64,000 nucleotides of DNA from Carcharhinus longimanus (GCA_030264375.1 JASCQW010000072.1:88936022-89000021); one strand, 5' to 3'; shown: positions 37,470 to 51,764, counted from the stretch's first letter. Notes: generated by a model not told the origin, from the sequence alone. Program-made: numbers and translations.

Positions 37470-39148
37470 AATCAAAGAGTCAATTATTGCAACGAGGGGG
37501 ATTGATAGCAGGCTCCTCAAGTGAGGCCATATCGGTGGAACTTGAAAACAGAAAGGGGACAATTGCGTTGCTGTGCGTGTATATAACCACCCAAACAGTC
37601 ATGGAGAAATGGAAGAGCAGATAGGTAGAGAAATCTCAAAGTGTAAAAATAATAGTAGGGGATTTCAACTTTCCTAATATTAGTTGGGATAGGCAAAGTG
37701 TGAAAGNNNNNNNNNNTGTGAAAGGCTTAGTGGGGGAAGAATTCTTAAAGTGCATCCAGGAGAGCTTTTTCAGCCAGCATGTAAAAAGTCCTACGAGAGA
37801 TAGGGTGGTACTTGACCTAATTTTAGGGAATGAAGCCAGGCAGTTTGCATAGGTGTCAGTGCAGGAGCATTTTGTTGATAGTGACATAACTTATGAAAAG
37901 GACAAAGATGGACTGGAAATAAGGTATCTGAACTGCGGGAAAGCCGATTTTAATAGGATAAGACAGGATCTGGCTGAAGTGGATTGGGAGCAGCGACTTG
38001 AGGGAAGATCCACATCAGAACAGTCGGAGTCATTCAAAAAGGAAACAGCGTGCAATATCAACATGTTACCACAAAGGTAAAGGGTGGGACCAACAAGTCT
38101 AGAGAATTCTGGATGTCAAGGGATATATAGTATTGGGAAAAAGGAAAAAATGGAGGCTTGTAGCAGATTCGAGGGGCTGAAAACAGTGGATGCCCTAGAG
38201 GAGTGTAGAAAGTGCAGTGGGGTCCTTAGAAAATTAGGAGAGCAAAGTGAGGTCATGAAAAAAACATAGCGAGCAAAATAAAGGAAAATCCAAAGGCGTT
38301 TTATAATTATATTAAAGGCAAGAGGGACCATTAGGGACCAAAGTGACAACCTCTGTGTGGAGCTGGAGGTGAAATATTAAATGAGTATTTTGCACCTATG
38401 TTCGTTATGGAGAAGGATTATGTAGGTATAGAAATCAGGGAGGTGGACTGTGACATAATTGACCAGATTAGCATTGAAAGGGAGGAAGTGTTAGCAGCTC
38501 TAACAGGATTAAAAGTGGATAAATATCCAGGCTCAGATGAGATGTATCCTAGGCTGCCGTGTGAGGCAAGAGAAGAGATTGCAAAGGCTCTGATGCAAAT
38601 TTTTAAATCCTTTTTGATCATAGGAGAGATGGCAAGAGGAGGTTAACGTGGTACCATTATTCAAGAAGGGACATAGGGAAAAGGCAGAAAATTATACACC
38701 AGTGAGTTTAATGTCAGTGGTAGAGAAATTATTGGATAAAGTTCTGAAGGACAGAATTAATTTGCACTTGGAGAGGCAAAGATTAATCAAGGATAATCAG
38801 CATGGCTTTGACAGGGGAGATCACGTCTAACACATGTGATTGATACTTTCAAAGAGGTGACCATTTGTTTAGATGAGGGCAGTGCAATTGATGTAACTTA
38901 CATGGACTTCAGCAAGGCTTCTGACAGGATCCCGCACATGAGCCTTATCAAGTAGGTAAGAGCCCATGGGATCCAGGGCAAATTGGATCCAAAATTGGCT
39001 TAGTGGCAGGAGGCAGAGGGTGATGGTTGAAAATTGTTTGTGACTGGAAGCCAGTGTCCAGTGGTGTACAGCAGGATTGGTACCAATTGCTTACTGTTTG
39101 GAGTGTACTTTAATTATCTAGATGTGAATATGGGAGGTATGATCATCA
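37470..39148 (+). mobile_element. CR1-type (HER1-like) LINE, decayed ORF2
   Basis: GDFNFPNISW, KYPGSDEMYPRL, VVPLFKKG..ENYTPVSL, NQHGF and YMDFSKA motifs. Confidence 0.88.
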
Positions 39149-39149
39149 C

Positions 39150-39470
39150 ACAAGGATCCCTGAAAGCAGGAGTAAGGCAGATATGGCTACATGCAGTACT
39201 CTAGCTTAATAAGCGTTTAATACAGTTGCATCATAACTTCCCTGCTCTTATATTCTGTTCTTCCAATAATAAAGGCATGTATCCCATATACCTTTCTTAA
39301 CCATCTCATCTACCTGTCCTGTTCCTTTAAGGGATTTTTGGACATGCAGCTCAAGGTTCTTTTGTACTTCTATCGTCCTGCCATTTATTGTGTATTCCCT
39401 TGCCTTGTTAGGCGTCCCAAAATGCATCACCTCACACTTGTCAGAGTTAAATTCCATTTGCCACTGTTCG
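39150..39470 (-). mobile_element. CR1 LINE fragment
   Basis: WQMEFNSDKCEVMHFG motif. Confidence 0.8.
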
Positions 39471-40069
39471 CTCTTTCCAAGGTCCCAAACATCAAAAGTT
39501 AATATTCATCTAATTTAATTCATTCTATGTGCTACCCAGAAACAGCTAAGCAAAGACTACAAACCCCAACAACACCCTGGCTATAATACTAAAGATGCAT
39601 GTTCTATATTTAGTTATGCCTCTAGCCAGAAGTATCTGGATATGACTTGTCCACAAAACACAAGACAAATGCAATTCAGCTTACTCTTAATTATGAGCAA
39701 AGTGATGGAATAGAACATCGTCAGTACCAACAAATGGCACTTAATCACCAATGCTTAGTTTGTTGGGTTCCTCCAATATCACTTTACTTCAGACTTCATT
39801 ACAGCCTTGGTCCTAACCTGGAGAGAAGAGCTAACTTCCAAAGGGGAGGTGAGAGTGGCTGTCATTGATACCAAAGTATGGCATTATTGAGCCCCAGTAA
39901 AATTAAAGTCAGTGGGAATGAGGGAAGACTCTCTGTTCATTGGCGTCATATTTAACCTAAAGGAAAATGGTTGTGGCTGCTGAAAGTCAAACATCTTAAC
40001 CCCAAGACACTGCTGCAAGAGTCCTTCAGGGTGGTGTCTTCAGCCCAACCATCTTTAGCTGCTTCATCA

Positions 40070-41405
40070 ATATGAACATATGAATTAGGAGCAGGAGAAG
40101 GCTACCTGACCTTTCAAATCTCTTTCACCATTCAATAAAATCATGACTGATCTCATTGTAACTTCAACATCATATGCCCACCTATCCCCCAAAACCTTTC
40201 ATCCCTTATTAATCAAGTATTTATCCAGCTCTATCTATCCAATAAAAATATTCAAAGACTTTTCATCCATCACCTTTTGAGAAAGAGTTCCAGAGACTCT
40301 CAACCGTCAAAAAAGAATTCTCATCTCTGTCTTAAATAACCCCTTATTTTTAAACTGTGACCCCTAGTTTTAGATCCTCCAACATGGGGAAACATCCTCT
40401 CCACATTCACCCTGTCAATACCCTTCAGAAATATAAGTATAGTGTATCCACCAGTTCCCTTTTATCCACAGCACATGATTCCTTCAAAGCACTTCAAAAA
40501 ATTGGTTCAAAAAATCCTTCAAAAAATCCTTCAAAGCACTTCAAAACATGATTTCTCTTTAACAAAACCATGTTGACTCTACCTGATTGCTTTACATTTT
40601 TCAAAGTGTCCTGCTATTATCTTAATAATGGTTTCTAACATTTTTCCTATGACAGATGATGGGCTAACATGGCCTATAGTTTCCTGCTCTCAGTCTCCTT
40701 CCATTTTTGAATAAAATGAGTTATTTACTATTTTCCAGTCTAATGGAGCCTTCACTGAACCTAGGGAATGTTGGAAAACTAAAACCAATGCATCTACTAT
40801 CTGATTAGCCACTTCTTTCAAGACCTTAGGGTGAAGGCCATTTTGACCTGGGTATTTGTCAGCTCATAGACCAACACCACTTCCCTGGTGATTGTAATTT
40901 TCCTGAGTTCCTCCCTCCCTTCTATTTTCAGCTACTTTTGGGGAGTAACTTGTGACCTCTGTAGTGAAGACAGATGCAAAATACCTGTTCAATCTTTCTG
41001 TCATTCTTTGACTTTTTTTATATTCTTCCCAATCTTCTGATCTTCCACCCATCTTAGCACAAATATATGCTTTTTCTTCAAAGTTAATACTGTCTCCTTT
41101 GAATTTTTCTCTCCATTGTAATGTGTCTATTCAGTGTATCCTGAAATATCCCTTTAAATGTTTGCCAAAGAAACTCTATTACTTCAGCACATTTGCAGTT
41201 TACTCTAGTTAGCTCCACTTTCATGCCCTCATAATTAACCTTATTTAAGTTTAAAATACTATTCTTGGACACATTCTTCTCTCCTGCAAGCAAAATGTAA
41301 ATTTAATCATAATTGCTAGTACCTAGTGGTGCCTTCACTGTGAGGTTATCACTTAATCCTTTATTATTACACAGTAACAGGTCCAGTATAGCCTACCCTC
41401 TGGTC
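40070..41405 (-). mobile_element. Old CR1 LINE with internal deletions
   Basis: CR1 3' tail at about 40075-40130; LNRYFASVFT and QHGF motifs. Confidence 0.75.
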
Positions 41406-42094
41406 CAGTGATCTTCTCCAACAGAAGGACAGAAATGGGAATGTTTGCTGATAATTGCATGGGTTCAGTACAATTTGGGATTCCTCAGATAATGAAGCAG
41501 ACTCTGCCTGAAAGCAGCAAGACAACATTCAGGGTGAGGCTGATAAGTGGCAAGTAATTATTATCATAATGACTAATTATCAGAATGACTAATGAATTCT
41601 TGTTCAAGTGATTGTGCTACACAAGTCGCAGGTAAAGACCATCTCCAAAAAAAAAAATCTAAAAATCTCCATTTGATATTCAAAACCAGTCTCATCACAG
41701 AATCTCCACCATGAACATCTTGGGGTTACCATTAACCAAACTTTAACTGGATTAGTTATAAGTACTGTGGCTATGGGTGGGTTAGAAACTGGACATAATG
41801 TGGAAAAGAATTTGCCTTCCGATTTCCCAAAGCTTTCTACTACCTATAAGGCACAAGTCCTCCACATGCCTGGAGGAGTGCAGCTCCAACATCACTCAAG
41901 AAGCTTGGAACCTGGAAGGATAAAGCAATGTATTTGATTGAACCGTCCACCACTTTAAACATTCACCCTCATCACATTTGCTGCAGAATGCATCATTATA
42001 TGCAAGATGCACTTGAACAAGAATTCATTAGTCATTTTCCCAATCCTGCGACCTCTATCACCAAAAGGAGAAAAATCAGAAGGTATTATAAAAA

Positions 42095-42830
42095 CTAGGA
42101 GCAGGAGTAGGCCATCTGGCCCCTCGAGCCTGCACTGCCATTCAATAAGATCACGGCTGATATTTGTGGATGCAGCTCCACTTACCCGCCCATTCACCAT
42201 AACTCTTAATTCCCTTACTGTTCAAAAATGTATCTATCCTTGCCTTAAAAGCATTCAATGAGGTACCCTCAACTGCTTCACTGGGCAGGGAATTCCACAG
42301 ATTCACAACCCTTTGTGTGAAGAAGTTTCTCCTCAACTGAGTCCTAAATCTGCTTCCCCTTATTTTGAGGCTATACCCCTAATTCTAGTTTCACCTGCCA
42401 ATACAAACAACATCCCTGCTTCTATTTTATCTATTCCTTTCATAATCTTATATGTTCCTATAAGATCTCCCCTCATTCTTCTGAACTCCAATGAGTACAG
42501 CCCCAGTCTACTCAGTCTCTCCTCGTAAGCCAACCCTCTTAACTCCGGAATCAACTTAGTGAATCTTCTTTGCATCTCCTCCAGTGCCAGTATATCCTTT
42601 CTCCAGTGAGGAGACCAAAACTGTATGCAGTACTCCAGGTGTGGTCTCACCAGCACCTTATACAGCTACAACATAATCTTGCTATTTTTAAACTCCATTC
42701 CTCTAGCAATGAAGGACAAAATTCCATTTACCTTCTTAATTACTTGCTGCACCTGCAAACCAACTACTTGAGATTCCTGCACAAAAACACCCAGATCTGT
42801 CTGCACAGCACATGCTGCAATTTTTTTACA
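42095..42830 (-). mobile_element. CR1 LINE 3' fragment (relatively young)
   Basis: LVRPHLEYCIQFWSP, RRMRGDLI and FFTQRVVNLWNSLP motifs; tail ...gatggcctactcctgctcctag. Confidence 0.9.
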
Positions 42831-45594
42831 ATATGGGAACAGTTCACCTACAAATTCCCCTCCAAGTTCTACACTTTCCTGATTGGAACTATATCAACTT
42901 ATGCTTTGCTCCAATTAACTATCCCAACACAGTTTAAGAATTAAATCTCACACCTATTTATGCGGCCTGGTACTGCGAAAATATACACATCCATTTGTGG
43001 ATATTTAACTGATTCTGCCCAAATTTGGACAAAGTTTTCAAAAGCATTCCTTGTAAATCACCCAATGTGCCTCCAAAATTTCTACCGTTGCCTACTTCCA
43101 GAGCACCATCCTTGGTTTGATTCTTCCTTTCACAGCATGGCCAGCATATCTCTATTAATGGCTTCTCCTCCAAAACCTAATTTCATCAGGAGTGCACTAA
43201 GATATATCTGATCCACTGCTACCTCTTGTGTATATATTTCACCCTCATCCTAGTGACATAATCCTTAGACATCAAGACCCCTTTAGGTCTGCTAATACCT
43301 AATCACCTGTGTTTCAAATCCACAGCTACCACTGTATGGTTTGATTGCTTGTTCAACAACATTGTCCATGAACCAGAATTTTCCTCAGTTTAACATTTGG
43401 TTGGCATGGTCTTGCCATTCTGCTCCCATCAAAAACTTCACATGCTAGCCATTCTATTCCATGTCCCTTCCAGCTGAGAGTTCAAATTGAATCTGTGTTC
43501 AGTGTCTTAATCTGAGCTTCAGAACTCATCAACTGTCAACACTTCCTTCTTTTATGCCACCATTGAAAAACCCTCATCATTGCCATTGCTACTTCCAGGC
43601 TTGACTTCTCAAAAATTCTCCTGACATAAATGTTATCCTAAGCCCATCCACAGTCTAATCTTCACACTTGAGTCTTGCTGCCATTTCACCCCTAACCACA
43701 ATTTCCAATTGAATCTACAGCAACTAATTCATTGAATTTAAAATCCTTGACCGTTTTGGCAAACTTCTCCATAATCTTTCTCATTATTTCCAGCTTAATA
43801 TTCCAGCACGTCTTCCACCTTTGCAAACCCTCCTCCGAACATTCCTCTATGTGGCAGTCTTTAGTTATCTCTGCTGTACACTCGTGAATTAGCTCCACAC
43901 CCCTTGCCATCTTGTCAAAATACATCATCCTTTAATTATACCTTTAGTCAACTCTTCTCCTATTCATCTATTATTCCTTGGTGCCCCTTTCACTATGTAA
44001 AGCAGCTTGGAATGTTTATGTTAAAGATGCTAAATAAACATGTTATTTTATGGCTGTTAAAGCCAATGAAGAAGTTTTCCTGGCTTCGCTACAACATTTG
44101 GTATTGCTGTAAACATCAGAAATAACAGAGTCCAGTTGACATCAGCAAACTTGTCTTCAGTATTCAGATTGGAGTAGTTTTCTGGGCTTGGATGCTGCAT
44201 GAACAGCGTCCAAAACTATAAAGGATGCCAGTGAAGGCTGTATTATTCAGAGCTGTCTGTAATCAGTACATTTGCCAATAATTTGGCCACAGAATGGTGA
44301 GATGAGAATTCACTAATCATACTAAGATGCAATCTCAAATATTCTGTAATGAGAAGGCACTAAGAAAGCACTTCCCCAGTGGGAAAGGAAAGCAATCACA
44401 CTTCCCGTTATCTTGGCAACTGTGCAACTGCCAGCAGCCAGCACCACACTGCATACATTGGTCACCTTAACCCAAGAGTGCAGCCTCCAAAGAGGAGGAA
44501 TTAGGATAGAAAATAGCCAAATGACCAAAATGAGGGGTTTTAATAACTTGCTCCAAAAGTTGATTCGGAAATGATAAATACCACAGGTCAGCATTTTCTC
44601 CCAATATACATAGATGATTGAGATTTAAGCATACAGAACACCATTCTGAAATTTTCAGAGGACATAAGAATTTGGCAAATGGTGAGCATGCTGCAATACA
44701 CAGGTAGATCAGCAGTCAGCTGACAGGCAATTTAACATGAACGAGAGGGAAGGGATACGTTTTGGAGGAAATGTAACAGATACATAGGTGTTAACAGCGC
44801 ATAGAATAGATGTTACAGGGAATAGTCAAGGCATCTTAAAGAGAAAATATTTGAAATAGAGGAAGATACAAGGCTCTAGGGAGAGCACAGGACACTAATT
44901 ATTTTTGGATTACTGTAGTAAAAAAATGGCAAATGTGATGGAGTTAATAGCCTCTCAATAGTAAACGTTGATTATAAAATGTGTTTCTCCCAATTTACAT
45001 TTCTCTCAACTTCAATTTGATAGCATCCAAACCATTTAAAATGGTTTTTAAAAAAATGGTTTCCAACATGGTTGCTGCAAACATATGCCATGTCATGGTT
45101 TTATTCTGCATTGAGCATTGCCCAATCCACAACCTCAATGCCAACCACAACCCCCTGCTACAGAAGTGAGCACTGCAGAAAGATGCTATTTGTTGAATAA
45201 TTTCTTTGTTTAGTAGATTAAGTTCAATAAAAACTCAGCAACGTCTGAAAATTATTCTTGCTTTAAAAAATATAATTTAGCAATCCAATCAGCATAGATC
45301 ACATTAGTCCTTTATCTGAAAGCATTTGTGCAGAGAACTTCTAGGAGTAAATCATTATTCAAGCCAAAATGATTTCTCCTGTTTTCTAATTCCTGCTGTA
45401 TTCAGCCTGTTAGGTGTTTTATAACCCCTCAGTTCTTCAAACAGATTGCCAGATAGGAATGAGGACAATGTTTCTTTCAAAATTTAATTGTGCCATACTT
45501 CTAATTTTTTTCTGTGTGTTATTTAACCCGGAACAAGACCTGTGCAGGAACTTCCCAGTTGCTATGCCCAGCTGAGCAAGAACATTTATTTATG

Positions 45595-45875
45595 ACCTAA
45601 TACCTTTTCATACTCTCTGCCACCTTCTTCCATTGGGAAAAAGATACAGAAGTCTGAAGTCACGAACCAACTAACTCAAGATTATCTTTGCTGTCATTAG
45701 GCTTTTGAACGGACCGACCTTATATTATGATCTTTCTCTACACAATAGCTATGACTATAACACTATACTATGCACTCTTCCTTTCCTTCTTCATATGTTC
45801 TTTATGAACAATATGTTGTGCATGCAAGAAACAATACTTTTCACCATATAATACATGTGACAATAAATCAAATCG
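45595..45875 (+). mobile_element. Rex1/Babar-like LINE 3' end
   Basis: Homologous to 23030-23330; ends caataaatcaaatc. Confidence 0.75.
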
Positions 45876-46167
45876 CAGGAAATTGTATTTTAGCCAAATT
45901 ATTTTACTTGTGTTTTTCTTAAATTTTACCTTCATTTGTAAAAATTTGGAAGTTTTGTTATAAAGCTGTAACTAAAAAGTAATTTTCATAATTAGCAGTG
46001 GTTCATACAGTGCCAACTTCCCCTCAAGGACTTCTCAGCAACTTTTACTTTACAGTAGCAGTGCTGATTCCCAACAAGAAAATCTTGTGCTACTTGAAGC
46101 ATAACAAAATAGAAACCCATCAATCTGGGTGTTCAACTGGCAACAGAGATGCAGTTTTATCTTACAA

Positions 46168-46442
46168 GGCAGCACAGTGGCAGGTACCTGGGTTCAATTC
46201 CAGCCTTGGGTGATTGTGTGGAGTTTGCATGCTCTTTCCATGTCTGTGGGTTTCCTCTGGTTGGTTCAGTTTCCTCCCACTGTCCAAACATGTGTGGGGT
46301 AGGTGGATTGGCTATGATAAATTGCCCCTTAGTGTCAGGGCAATTAGCAGGGTAAATACATGGCGTTACGGGGGGGGGGGGGGGGGTGCAGGCTCGATGA
46401 GCTGAATGGCCTCCTCCTGCATTGTAGGGATTCTATAATTCT
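46168..46442 (+). mobile_element. HE1-like SINE
   Basis: Family homology. Confidence 0.8.
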
Positions 46443-48189
46443 TTGACTTGTGATCAATTGGTTTCAGCAGCATCAAGACCTGGTTGTAATCAATGAGATC
46501 CTATGTCACTGCGACCATATCACATTCATGCTCATCTCTGTGGCATTCAATACAGCTAACAATTGGGTCTTCCTTTCTCGTGCCATTTCTCCATCAGACT
46601 TTGTGTCCCATTTACAGTTCCCCAAATAATCAGCGTACTTCCAGCAATGGTTTCTCCTCACATGCTCCAACATTACATTCTCGTACTCACCTCCAGATTG
46701 CATCTCAATATTACTCAAATACGTTAGCTTTAATGCTGTAGTCACCCCTTCAGTTCCACAACTATCATGCCAGCTATGGTATTGTCAGAAATTTCACCAA
46801 ATTTTGGTTACATCCCCTCTAACATCATGAAATACCTCATACAGGCTTGAAAACCTGATGTGTTCACACTATTTACACAAAGAATGTGTTATGCACTCAA
46901 GGTGGCTCAGCAATTGTTCCTGTCAACATTCTCAATTTCTTGTAAACATATTTCATTTAAAAATACAGAATATTCCATTTGGTATCTCCCTAATCCTGGA
47001 GGCTGATAAGATCACAAATTATAGTCTCTCTTCCCAATCCCCCAGTACCACTGTCATCAACTACAAATATGGAGAACTGGACAGCACTACTTAATGCTGC
47101 AGAATGTTCGACCCTATAGAAACAATTCTATATAAAATTTAAACTATGAACTGAATATGTCCGTAAAAGGACAAAAATGGAAGAAATTGCTACAGATTAC
47201 CATGCACTGAACCCTTCTGGATGTATAAGATAGAATCAAGTTTGACTGAGCTTTTAATGGGCAAAAGAACATTCATTCTACAGGATCATATGAGCAGTGG
47301 CTTTCTAGCATCTAATTTGGAACATAGATTTTGGCATGACAAGTGAAAGGTTTCAAGGAAGTTTTCTTTCTTTTCTGCACAAGGTAAATTAAAATTCAAG
47401 ACTCAGATGGAAAAGATGCACTTATTTACATTGCTCGGTTTCCAGTCATAGTTGCATTCTACTTCAAAAAAAACTTCCATCCCAATTTGTTTGCTTTCCT
47501 TCCTTTCAGGAAGAAGGACTTGATTTTTGGGGGCAGGGACAATTGATTTTGTGATGGTGATTCATAAGGCATCTTTTGAGGTTTTGGGGAGGTATTGATT
47601 ATGCATGAGAATCTGGAATACATCATAGCATTCCAGCAGTCATTTAACAGTCTTTTATGGAAGAACCGTAGTCAATTTTAACCCTGTCAAACTCAACAGT
47701 TGTGTGAACAGTTTAAATATAGGTCTGCAGAACTCAATTCCTCATCACAAACATTTTTAAACTATGAGAATAGCTCCCTCATTGTTTTAGTTTCCAATAT
47801 TCTGTAGTTTTGGCAAGTTTGACTTTGTCCAAAATGACTTTCAATGTTTATCCTTTTAAAAGTTGGTTAATTTTTGAGAAGTACCATAGCTTTTTCATGG
47901 TACTCACTCATGAATAAAGCCTATATTATGCTTCAGAATTGTTCAATAATGGTGATTTATGACAGTAATCTTAATCATAAAAGATGGATAGAAGGAAGAC
48001 AGTGAAATAAGCCATTAAATGCAGGAGTCCAGTTTCCTCAACTATATTCATTGCTGTCAGCATATAAAACGAAGTGAGCTAAGGTTCTAATAGTTAATAA
48101 ACTAATCACCCCCTGACTCAAAGTATTCAACATTTTGCTGTGTTGTAGTAGCACATCAATTATCTTCTGTTTAAAAGTCAAGCAGAAGT

Positions 48190-50137
48190 TCACAATGTGA
48201 AATTCTTCAATTTAATTCATATTATAATAGTTACATTCAAGATACAGTCCGTGTATTCTGGCATCATCCAGAATTCGGCCTACTCCTGATTGCATATAAA
48301 GTAGAATTAACTTTCAACTTTGGTACCAAGTCCTCAATTCTTTTTTATTAAAGTTCTGTAACAGAATATCACCACAAGGTTACAGGAATTTGCAAAAAAT
48401 ATTAATGTTCTTCGGCCATATCACCACGTGGTTTTTATTGGTAGATACTCAAGGTCCCAACTTCATCATCCTTGGTTCTGAATTTTTCCAGATTATTTTT
48501 TACAATAGCTTCTGTGTCAATTTCAGCCAGTTTGGTGTTTCCATCCAATTCCCCAGCTTTCCAGCGTGATTTTCTGCACTCCAAACATCGCTCCTTCATT
48601 CTCCCATCTTTGTTGTCATCTGCCACACTACTGCAAAGTACAAAATCACCATTGCTCAACCATGACACCTTTTGATCACAAGCTGTGCTAAAAAAAGTGC
48701 AGCATAATGCAATATTGATTTTTTGAAGCACATTAACTTAAAAAGATTAACTTTTCATCAACTAAATAGAGCAGCCACAACTGTTTTGCAACCCAAGTGA
48801 ATAGTCATTCATTTTTAACACATTTTATATACAAGTTACACTGTGCATTTTACTAGCACAAGTACAACTATGATCTGCAATGATCTGTGTTGACAGCGCA
48901 CATTGCAATTTAAATTGTGTTGAGAATGATGAACTGGTTACTCATGAGAAAACAACTGCCTGGAAAAGGATAACCAGTGTATTTTCCTCCTAACCTCAAA
49001 GACCCTTTTCAAGAGAAAGCTTAACATTACACAAGTTAAACAAAGACCATTTTTTACAACCAAGTTCAACCCAATTTTTTCTTTTTAATTTTTTTGTTGC
49101 ATATACAGATGGCTCATCCATACATTCTACGAATTACAGTACTTTGTTTTTTTTCTGCTTGGATATTAGAGCTTTATGTTAAAGTCCAATTTTACATGCT
49201 ATTAGGATTTTGTTCTTACTGAATTAGTCTCACCAGTGCTTACAATTTCACTATCCAAATTTATTATTTTTAAAAAAAGACTTGTACATAGAGAGCTTAA
49301 AAAAGGGCACTGAGGGCATTGCCATTTTCAGCAGCAATGGAATATCATTGACTCTTTTATAGCCAAAATCCCAATCAAAACCAGAGGTGGTGGCTACAGG
49401 CAAGACACCTCAATTTTTAATCTTAATGTCTCCACTTATATTTAGATCACAAATCCCTTAAATTTGTAGAACAGCAAATAAACTTGCTATTCAATACAGA
49501 AGGCTAGAAGGTTTTCATAATATCAAAGTGCTATTTATGCATTTACAAATACACATCTTCCATTATGTAGTGTTACTTTCTGTGTCCGATAGTCTACATC
49601 TGAATACAATCATTTTTAATCTTGGCATGAACAGGAAAATTTGGAGACTATTTTTGTGAGTTACCCACCTGCTGTCTTATTTACATTAAAAATGAACTTG
49701 AAATGTGGAAAACCAGACTAATACTAACACTATCATGGATGTAAACACTGGAGGCGCCTGCTAGCCTAAAACTACAGATGTGCTGAAATTATCCCAGAAG
49801 CCAATGATTTCCTTGCCTGAAATCAAATCAAGGAATAAGCTGTCAACATGACATTTTCCCTCGCTTTTCAGGTTCCTATGGTATATTTTTGTTAACACTA
49901 GTCTCTCTCTCTCTCAGGCCGATGTTCCTCTGAAACTTTTGTTTTTCTTTTCCAGAGGGCTCTCATGATCAAATTCTCACTTCTCTGGTCATTTTGTCCA
50001 TTCCATGTAGTAGGAAGTTGAGTGGATTTTGTGGATGATGAGAACTGATTTTTATTTTGTTTGGAACCACTACTGGAAGGAACAACACAAGCTTTCACTA
50101 CAACCAGTCACACAGTACAAATGAATCAAAAGCGAAC
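48190..50137 (-). other. IPO7: IPO7 3'UTR (about 1.7-2 kb, end uncertain)
   Basis: Repeat-free, U-rich sequence after the stop; minus-strand AATAAA at 48434-48439 and 48344-48349, ATTAAA at 48211-48216. Confidence 0.65.
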
Positions 50138-50235
50138 TCAATTCATTCCCGGGGCAGAACCACCAAAATTAAATGAAGCTGGCACTACTGGAGCATTGAA
50201 CTTGTATCCACCATGTTTTTCAATCATTTTGGACT
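50138..50235 (-). CDS. IPO7: IPO7 terminal coding exon, (E)[31 protein letters not shown]
   Basis: ttgcag acceptor, TGA at 50138-50140; C-terminus characteristic of importin-7 rather than IPO8. Confidence 0.97.
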
Positions 50236-50562
50236 CTGCAACAAGAGGAAGAAAAGAAAAATCAAATTTCTCTGGAATTAATTGGCCCCCATCTTTTAAA
50301 ATGTAATTGCACTAGGAGGAATTACCATCAAATATTTGTTTTTTTAAAAAATCCAATGTTCAGAATTAAACATACAAAAATTTAAATAATTACAGCCATT
50401 TTATATGGTTGAGATATAACATTTCCAGATTGAACGGGCATCAATATGGAACGGTGATTTCATGAACAAGGACCAAAGATTTCCAAAAACATTTCAATGG
50501 TAAAATAATAGGCAAGGAATTGAATGAAGAACACCTTTAATAAGATCAGATTACTTAAATAC

Positions 50563-50679
50563 CTAAAGCAGCTCGTCTCTGATCTGCAAGAGTTCCAATG
50601 TCTTGCAACTGCTTCCTATGCTCATCAGTAAGATTACATGTTAGGGCTTGGTACCAGGTTGGATCACAGTTTTGAATAG
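50563..50679 (-). CDS. IPO7: IPO7 penultimate exon (117 nt), [38 protein letters not shown]
   Basis: ttccag/gtattt boundaries, phase 1/1, importin-7 homology. Confidence 0.96.
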
Positions 50680-51123
50680 CTGGAAAGGAAAAAAAAAATT
50701 CAGACTGATGACACTGTATACTGAGCTACTATAGTATTTGAATTTACAAATCCTGTTGCAGTCATTATATTTACATATACAGTAATTAAAGTAATTAAGA
50801 TTAAATAAGACAGTTTAAACCTTAGCTTGTTACAAGTCAGTTCTATTCTCAAAGTAAATACAAGTAAAACAGTATAATTTTAAAGTCTATAAATTGCATT
50901 AGTATTCTTAGTTATTGTAATAGGATTGAGGCCTCACTATAGCATTAGGCTTGGTCACTGACTACTATTAGGACAAAGCTCTGCAACCATTCTTTAAATT
51001 TTTTAGTGATTGAATCATTAACAATCTCAGGAACCTTGACAAAGGAATATACACTTTGTTAAAGCCAGAATGGATGGGTAGGAATCACATGACATGAACC
51101 TGAGTCCAAGCACCATTACCCCT

Positions 51124-51764
51124 AGGGGCTTAGGGAAAATACACCACTGCTTGTGAAGGGGGAAAATCTGTACAAACTGATAGTGAGAGCAGAAATCAGA
51201 GTTGGTTAAATTAAACCCCCTTAACAATTGGAATTAGTAGCCAAGCGATAAATATTCTCCAAGATGGGAGAACCAGCTATACTGTCTTGCTGTACTGCAA
51301 ATCAGGTTGCCATCTTCCATCCACCAAGCAGCAGCACAGAAAAGGGGCTTTGTCCAGGCTTAACTACCTGGCCCCCATTTACATTATTTCTATTGAACTT
51401 CTATACTATTACCAGCAAGACTAATTAATCTCTGTGCGCCTCTCATTGTAGAAGTCATGTCTACTGGAAAAGCCAATTATCCAGCATTGGCTTTCAACCT
51501 GAAATAATCCATTGGACATTAATTCCGGACTTGCATAAAACAAATTGTTGTTCTGCGGTCTTTGCCCAGTAACTCTTCCTTTGCTATGGGCTAAAGAGAA
51601 ATTGAATCATACCAAAACTGAGGGGTAGGAAAAATACACCCACTGCTTGTGAAGGGGGAAAATCAAAATACCTCTGTACAAACTGATAATGAGAGTAGAG
51701 ATCAGGGTTGGTTAAATTAAACTCCCCCTAACAAATGGAATAAGTAGTCAAGTGATAAATATTC
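51124..51764. repeat. Direct repeat pair of about 135-145 bp (51124-51257, 51621-51764) around a 363-bp spacer
   Basis: Direct visual alignment; high identity with one ~10-bp indel. Confidence 0.9.

Noticed and set aside
40480-40547. Short ccttcaaa reiterations; also tctatgatgaatatcca twice at 9747-9794
   Set aside because: Slippage or insertion-junction microduplications inside or beside TEs; no spacer structure, not CRISPR-like
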